From Methanobrevibacter millerae (GTDB lineage: Archaea > Methanobacteriota > Methanobacteria > Methanobacteriales > Methanobacteriaceae): 32,000 nucleotides of DNA. Positions 27,655 through 32,000 of this stretch are shown in pieces. Numbering within the stretch: position 1 is the stretch's first letter; each line of letters starts with the position of its first letter. The DNA is taken from the NCBI GenBank assembly GCA_015063005.1, contig SUTF01000004.1, positions 23,497-55,496 on the forward strand, written 5' to 3'. The notes below the pieces were generated by a model, which ran no database searches, was not told the DNA's origin, and was given only the letters and a program-made list of their open reading frames with translations. The position numbers and the translations under genes were made by a program.

Positions 27655-30600
27655 AAATACTAAAAAAATCTAAATCATCCAAATATTTAATAAAATTATA
27701 TATGTATTCTTGTGATACAAACGGCCATTTAATACCTAAACGATACAACACCTGAATAGTATAAGTATTATCAACAGGTACCCAAATCTTTTTAACTTTT
27801 CCAGAACCTATTGAAGTAATTAGACCAGACACTCCGTCCTGTTTGGATTTATCTGCAAGAGCTTTATCTAAAGCAATTTCATATTCATTTTCTTCAGCAG
27901 GATCGATATTTAATCCTAAAGGTTTGATAATTTCAATTATATCTCCAAAGCAAACACGATGATAATCATATGGATGGAAAACATTGCATTCTTTAGGAGT
28001 TTTTGAAAGATTTACAATGGCCTTTGCAGTCGTGTCAATTGGTGAAAATTCCACATTGTTCATTAGCATTGAATAAGGCATTTTTCCTATTGTTATAAAT
28101 GCTTTTAAACGATTGATGAAACCGTTTGATTCAAAATTGATTTGGAATTCACTGTCTGAGCTTCTTGCCATCAAGTTTCCAACCCTCATTATTTTCACAT
28201 CCAAATCATCATTGATAGCTGCTTCCAGTACTGCGCGTTCTGCTAGGAATTTAGAATTGAGATATTGGTTATCTACAGCCTGACCAATAAATAAATCATT
28301 TTCTGAGAATTTAACATCAACGGGAGGATAATTGTTAATGCTTTCACCTGCAATACTGTATGTAGATACTTGAACATATTTTGCATCTTTCATTTTTGCA
28401 AATTTAAGTCCATTTATTACACCACCAAAGTTAATGTCTTCAATATCTGTTCCGGATGAGAAGTGTTTAACATTAGCCGCACAATTAATTATCGTATCAA
28501 TTTTTTCAGGAATAAGCTTTTCAAAGTCTTCAAAGTTAGTAATATCACCTTCAATTATATGCAATCTTTCATCAAACAAATCAGAATATTCATCGGAGAA
28601 GTAATAAAACAATAATGATTTCAATCTTTCTTCTCCATTCAATACTTTATTAGCTCTGATAAAACAGTAAACATCCCCAGTTTCATTATCAAGTATTTCA
28701 CGAAGCACATGTATTCCCAAAAATCCAGTAGCTCCAGTAAGTAAAATATTACCTAAACTATCCTGAATTTCACCATTAATAAGATTTTCAAGATTATTTT
28801 TCTTAAGCAATTCATTAATTTGAGAGTAATCATAGGACAATTCTTCTTTTTTCTCAAATGATTCATCAGATAAAATAAACTCTGCCAATGCTCTTGGCGT
28901 TGGATTTGAGAAAACATCACCATAGCTCAAATTATAATTTCTATTTAAAGCTTCCATTGTGATTTTAGTAACTAAAAGTGAAGTTCCACCAATTTCAAAG
29001 AAGTTATCTGTGGCGCTTACCTCATCCAGTCCCAAAATTTCTGCAAATAAACTGGCGAAGAATGCTTCAATATCATTTTCAGGAGCAACATATTCTGTAA
29101 TTAAAACTGGTTCAGGCAAGTTCCTCAAGTCTGTTTTACCATTTACTGTTTGAGGCATTTCATCAAGTTCCATGTAAACAGTTGGAACCATATAATATAC
29201 CAATTTTTCAGCAAGTGATGCTTTTAAATCATCAATATTAATGGAATATCCATTTTCTTCACGATTTTCATCTTTGTACTCATCATGAACCGTGAAGTAG
29301 GCACATAAATGATCATTTCCTTTAATCTTTTTAACAACAACAGCAACTGATTTTATTCCAGGGAATTTTGAAAGGCCCACTTCAATTTCACCTATTTCAA
29401 TTCTTAAACCTCTAAGCTTAATTTGATTATCCATTCTTCCGAATACATAATAATTTCCATCTTCCGTGACTTTAACAAAGTCTCCTGAACGATAGAATCT
29501 GACTCCATTAATGACTTCATAGCTTTCAGCATTTTTCTCAGGCCGGTTTAAATATTCCCTTGAAACACCTTTTCCAGCAATATATAATTCCCCAATAACA
29601 TTTGGAGGCAATGGATTTGAATCAAAGTCCATAACCATTTCATGAACATTGAATAGCTCCTTACCAATGTGAATATCTGAGCTTTCCAACAGGTGCCCAT
29701 TACAATAAACTGTTGTTTCTGTTGGTCCATACATATTAAAGAATTTTCCGTTAGAATTTTTGGAAAGCAATTCATATAATCTTGCTGAGAAGGGTTCACC
29801 AGCATGAATATATACTTTAAAACCATACATCGTTTCTTGCATTGCTTCAATTTCCAAATATTGGAGTAAACGTGAAGGTGTAGCGATGTAAACATTTGCT
29901 CCAGACCTATGAATCAAATTCATCATTTCAATTGGATCCTTGTATTCTGTATCATCAGCAAATACCATTGGAACTCCATTCAATAAAGATCCCATTAATT
30001 CCTGCTGGAATACATCAAATGCTACAGTTGTAGTAGATAATACTTTATAATTTTCTTTTTCAAGATTGTGCACTAATTCATAAGTACAAACATTTCTAGG
30101 GTCAGGATATGCGAAGTTTGCAATGTTTCCATGCTCCAAAATTACTCCTTTTGGAAGTCCGGTTGAACCTGAAGTGTAAATCAGATAAGCCATATTATTT
30201 GCATGCACATCAGGATTAGGATTTGAAGTGTCTTCTTCTTTTAACAATTCATTAACATCCAATAAATTATTAGAGCATGTAGATAAATCAATACCTTTTT
30301 TATCAACTACATCATCAACAATAATAAATTTTGATTCACTATCAGTTAAAACATGCTCAATTCTTTCTGTAGGATATTCTGAGTCCACAGGAATAAATGC
30401 AGCACCTGATTTTAAAATACCAAACACTGACGCCATTACATTACTATTCCTGTTTAATATAAACATTATTCTATCTTCAGGACAAACACCTTTTTTAATA
30501 AGACTATGGGCAATCCTATTTGCCTTTTCATTTAACTGTGAATATGTAAACTCACCATCACTGGCATATAAAATAACCCTATCAGGATGCAATTCCACCT

Positions 30601-32000
30601 GATTTTCAAATATTTTGTTTAATCTTTCCTCAGGAATTTCATCATACTCAAAACTATCAATGCCCCAATCATCACTTTCTATTATTGAAATGTCTTTCAT
30701 CAGTGTATTTTCATCAAATGTTTGGAATTTATTTAAAACAATTCTAATAGAATCCAGGAATGTATTGATTAAAGATTCTGTGTATAGTTGATTGTTGTAT
30801 TCACAGAAAATTCTGTATTGATTATCAATTTCAACTACATTGATGCTAATTTTAAATTTCAATCCATCATAGTCAATTGATTGTCTTTCAACATTCATTC
30901 CACCGATTTCAATGTCTTCAATGATTTTTCCATGATATGCATATAATATTTCCGGAGTGATTCCGAATTCATTTGAAATTTCAGTTAAAGGATATGATGA
31001 ATAAGCCAATACATTTAACCATTCAGAATTTACATATTCCAAGTATTCCTTAAGATTTGAATCAGAATTTAATTTTAATGCTAAAGGTAACGTTTTAACC
31101 ATCATGGCCAATGTTTTCTGCTGATTTGGATTGAACCTACCATTAGTGATAGTTGCAATCAGTGTGTCCCTGTTAAAGACAAACTTATTTATAACAAATG
31201 AAGTAACGGCCAAGAATAAATTATTTTGAGATATATTTGATTTTAAACAGAAATCATCTACACTTTCTTTATCAAGGAATATATCTTCCACTGCAGCATT
31301 GCCCTCAGATTCATCACCATTTATATCCTGTGGGATTAGTGTTGCATCATCAAATTCTTTAATTCTATTTGAGAAGAATAATTTAGCTTCTTCGTATAAA
31401 CCTGATTGTTCTGTTTTAACTTCATTTAAAGAGTATTCAAAACCGTCAAGTTCCTCCAGTTCATAATCTTTTCCATCATAGATTTTAGCTATTTCATCGA
31501 ATAAAATGTTTAGGGATGTTCCATCAACAAGAATATGGTGGAAATCCGCAAGCAGCATTGAATTGCCAACTATCTTAAATCTAAATAATGGCCCTTCATC
31601 AAGTTTAAACGGTTTTACAAATTCATCTATATTAACTTCATCAACCACTTCAATAAAATCATCGACTTTCAGATTATTCTTTCTTTTTTGATAGGCATCA
31701 CCATTTTCCATCACAATTATTGTTTTTAAATATGGATGGTTTTCAATAGCTTTAACAATTGAGGATTTGAGTTTTTCTGCATCAATACCATCCCCAAATT
31801 CCATTTTCTTTGGAAGATTATATGCTGTATTTTCAGGATCTTTAATGCAGTCAAAGTAAACACCCAGTTGATTAGAAGTTAATGGATATAATTCTTGAAC
31901 ATCACTTGATTCAGTATCTTCAATTTTTATTTCAGATGCAATTTTTTCAATAGTTTTATATTTTAAAATCTCAGTAACATTTAGCTGAGCATTTAAATTA
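27653..32000 (-). CDS. Non-ribosomal peptide synthetase, terminal module C-A-T-R; 5'-truncated (continues beyond window)
   Basis: I translated nt 31805-32000 by hand in the same frame. It gives NLNAQLNVTEILKYKTIEKIASEIKIEDTESSDVQELYPLTSNQLGVYFDCIKDPENTAYNLPKK with no stop. The gene therefore extends past nt 32000, and the ATG at 31804 is internal. All canonical NRPS core motifs are present; see the domain features. Confidence 0.95.
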   Translation of the reverse strand, partial: NLNAQLNVTEILKYKTIEKIASEIKIEDTESSDVQELYPLTSNQLGVYFDCIKDPENTAYNLPKKMEFGDGIDAEKLKSSIVKAIENHPYLKTIIVMENGDAYQKRKNNLKVDDFIEVVDEVNIDEFVKPFKLDEGPLFRFKIVGNSMLLADFHHILVDGTSLNILFDEIAKIYDGKDYELEELDGFEYSLNEVKTEQSGLYEEAKLFFSNRIKEFDDATLIPQDINGDESEGNAAVEDIFLDKESVDDFCLKSNISQNNLFLAVTSFVINKFVFNRDTLIATITNGRFNPNQQKTLAMMVKTLPLALKLNSDSNLKEYLEYVNSEWLNVLAYSSYPLTEISNEFGITPEILYAYHGKIIEDIEIGGMNVERQSIDYDGLKFKISINVVEIDNQYRIFCEYNNQLYTESLINTFLDSIRIVLNKFQTFDENTLMKDISIIESDDWGIDSFEYDEIPEERLNKIFENQVELHPDRVILYASDGEFTYSQLNEKANRIAHSLIKKGVCPEDRIMFILNRNSNVMASVFGILKSGAAFIPVDSEYPTERIEHVLTDSESKFIIVDDVVDKKGIDLSTCSNNLLDVNELLKEEDTSNPNPDVHANNMAYLIYTSGSTGLPKGVILEHGNIANFAYPDPRNVCTYELVHNLEKENYKVLSTTTVAFDVFQQELMGSLLNGVPMVFADDTEYKDPIEMMNLIHRSGANVYIATPSRLLQYLEIEAMQETMYGFKVYIHAGEPFSARLYELLSKNSNGKFFNMYGPTETTVYCNGHLLESSDIHIGKELFNVHEMVMDFDSNPLPPNVIGELYIAGKGVSREYLNRPEKNAESYEVINGVRFYRSGDFVKVTEDGNYYVFGRMDNQIKLRGLRIEIGEIEVGLSKFPGIKSVAVVVKKIKGNDHLCAYFTVHDEYKDENREENGYSINIDDLKASLAEKLVYYMVPTVYMELDEMPQTVNGKTDLRNLPEPVLITEYVAPENDIEAFFASLFAEILGLDEVSATDNFFEIGGTSLLVTKITMEALNRNYNLSYGDVFSNPTPRALAEFILSDESFEKKEELSYDYSQINELLKKNNLENLINGEIQDSLGNILLTGATGFLGIHVLREILDNETGDVYCFIRANKVLNGEERLKSLLFYYFSDEYSDLFDERLHIIEGDITNFEDFEKLIPEKIDTIINCAANVKHFSSGTDIEDINFGGVINGLKFAKMKDAKYVQVSTYSIAGESINNYPPVDVKFSENDLFIGQAVDNQYLNSKFLAERAVLEAAINDDLDVKIMRVGNLMARSSDSEFQINFESNGFINRLKAFITIGKMPYSMLMNNVEFSPIDTTAKAIVNLSKTPKECNVFHPYDYHRVCFGDIIEIIKPLGLNIDPAEENEYEIALDKALADKSKQDGVSGLITSIGSGKVKKIWVPVDNTYTIQVLYRLGIKWPFVSQEYIYNFIKYLDDLDFFSI
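27656..28753 (-). other. NRPS terminal thioester reductase (R) domain, SDR fold
   Basis: The Rossmann motif LLTGATGFLG was verified at nt 28715-28738. Also present are VYCFIRA, GDIT, IINCAANVKH, the catalytic YLNSK (YxxxK) and RVGNL. No TE domain is present. Confidence 0.9.
28874..29083 (-). other. NRPS thiolation (T/PCP) domain
   Basis: The core is DNFFEIGGTSLL. The phosphopantetheine-attachment Ser codon was verified at nt 28979-28981. Confidence 0.9.
29108..30631 (-). other. NRPS adenylation (A) domain
   Basis: Core motifs A1-A10 are all present. A1 FTYSQLNEKANR, A2 LKSGAAFIPVD, A3 LIYTSGSTGLPKGV, A4 FDVF, A5 NMYGPTE. A6 GELYIAGKGVSREYL, A7 YRSGDF, A8 GRMDNQIKLRGLRIEIGEIE, A9 LVYYMVP, A10 NGKTDLRNLP. 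Confidence 0.95.
30680..31888 (-). other. NRPS condensation (C) domain
   Basis: The domain starts at YPLTSNQLGVYF. The catalytic HHxxxDG motif reads HHILVDG and was verified at nt 31520-31540. Confidence 0.9.
31928..32000 (-). other. C-terminal end of a carrier-protein (T) domain from the preceding NRPS module
   Basis: LNVTEILKYKTIEKIASEI resembles the last helix of a PCP domain. It is followed by an acidic linker and then the C-domain start, YPLTSNQ. Confidence 0.6.

Noticed and set aside
29548-30602. 115-aa (minus, alternative frame) and 124-aa (plus) ORFs inside the NRPS
   Set aside because: They overlap the A-domain core motifs of the NRPS frame. They are low-complexity translations with no RBS.
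1-32000. CRISPR arrays, tRNA/rRNA genes, transposases, integrases, prophage genes
   Set aside because: No regularly spaced direct repeats were seen outside the adhesin coding repeats. No intergenic region contains a GC-rich island of the kind that marks structured RNA genes in AT-rich methanogens. No ORF has transposase or integrase motifs.

Overview
AT-rich archaeal window, most likely Methanobacteriales and probably Methanobrevibacter. This rests on GGTGAT/GGAGAT-type ribosome binding sites, oligo-T terminators, a membrane LonB protease, an adhesin-like beta-helix protein and a MurT-like pseudomurein-type ligase. All calls come from reading the ORF translations and DNA by eye; no BLAST or HMM search was run. 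About 24 credible genes cover most of the window. From the left: a 5'-truncated glutamate-synthase FMN-domain gene and a DUF123/GIY-YIG-like nuclease. Next is a minus-strand operon of a Cys-rich Ski2-like helicase, a HerA-like (DUF853/YjgR-type) ATPase and a small putative winged-helix protein. Then come DUF368, uvrA, a prs-orf99-uvrB operon, an aldo/keto reductase and small membrane or zinc-ribbon proteins. An ADP-ribosylglycohydrolase follows with an overlapping unknown ORF, then the MurT-like ligase, LonB, the adhesin-like protein with four tandem Ig-like repeats, and cobQ. The most interesting locus is at the right edge. It holds the terminal C-A-T-R module of a multimodular NRPS whose ORF is still open at nt 32000. 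The NRPS stop codon overlaps the RBS of a MATE exporter that carries an extra C-terminal GHKL/RsbW-like domain. Second is the helicase/HerA-like/wHTH operon, which converges on the DUF123 nuclease and lies near uvrAB. No rRNA, tRNA, CRISPR array, transposase or integrase was seen.
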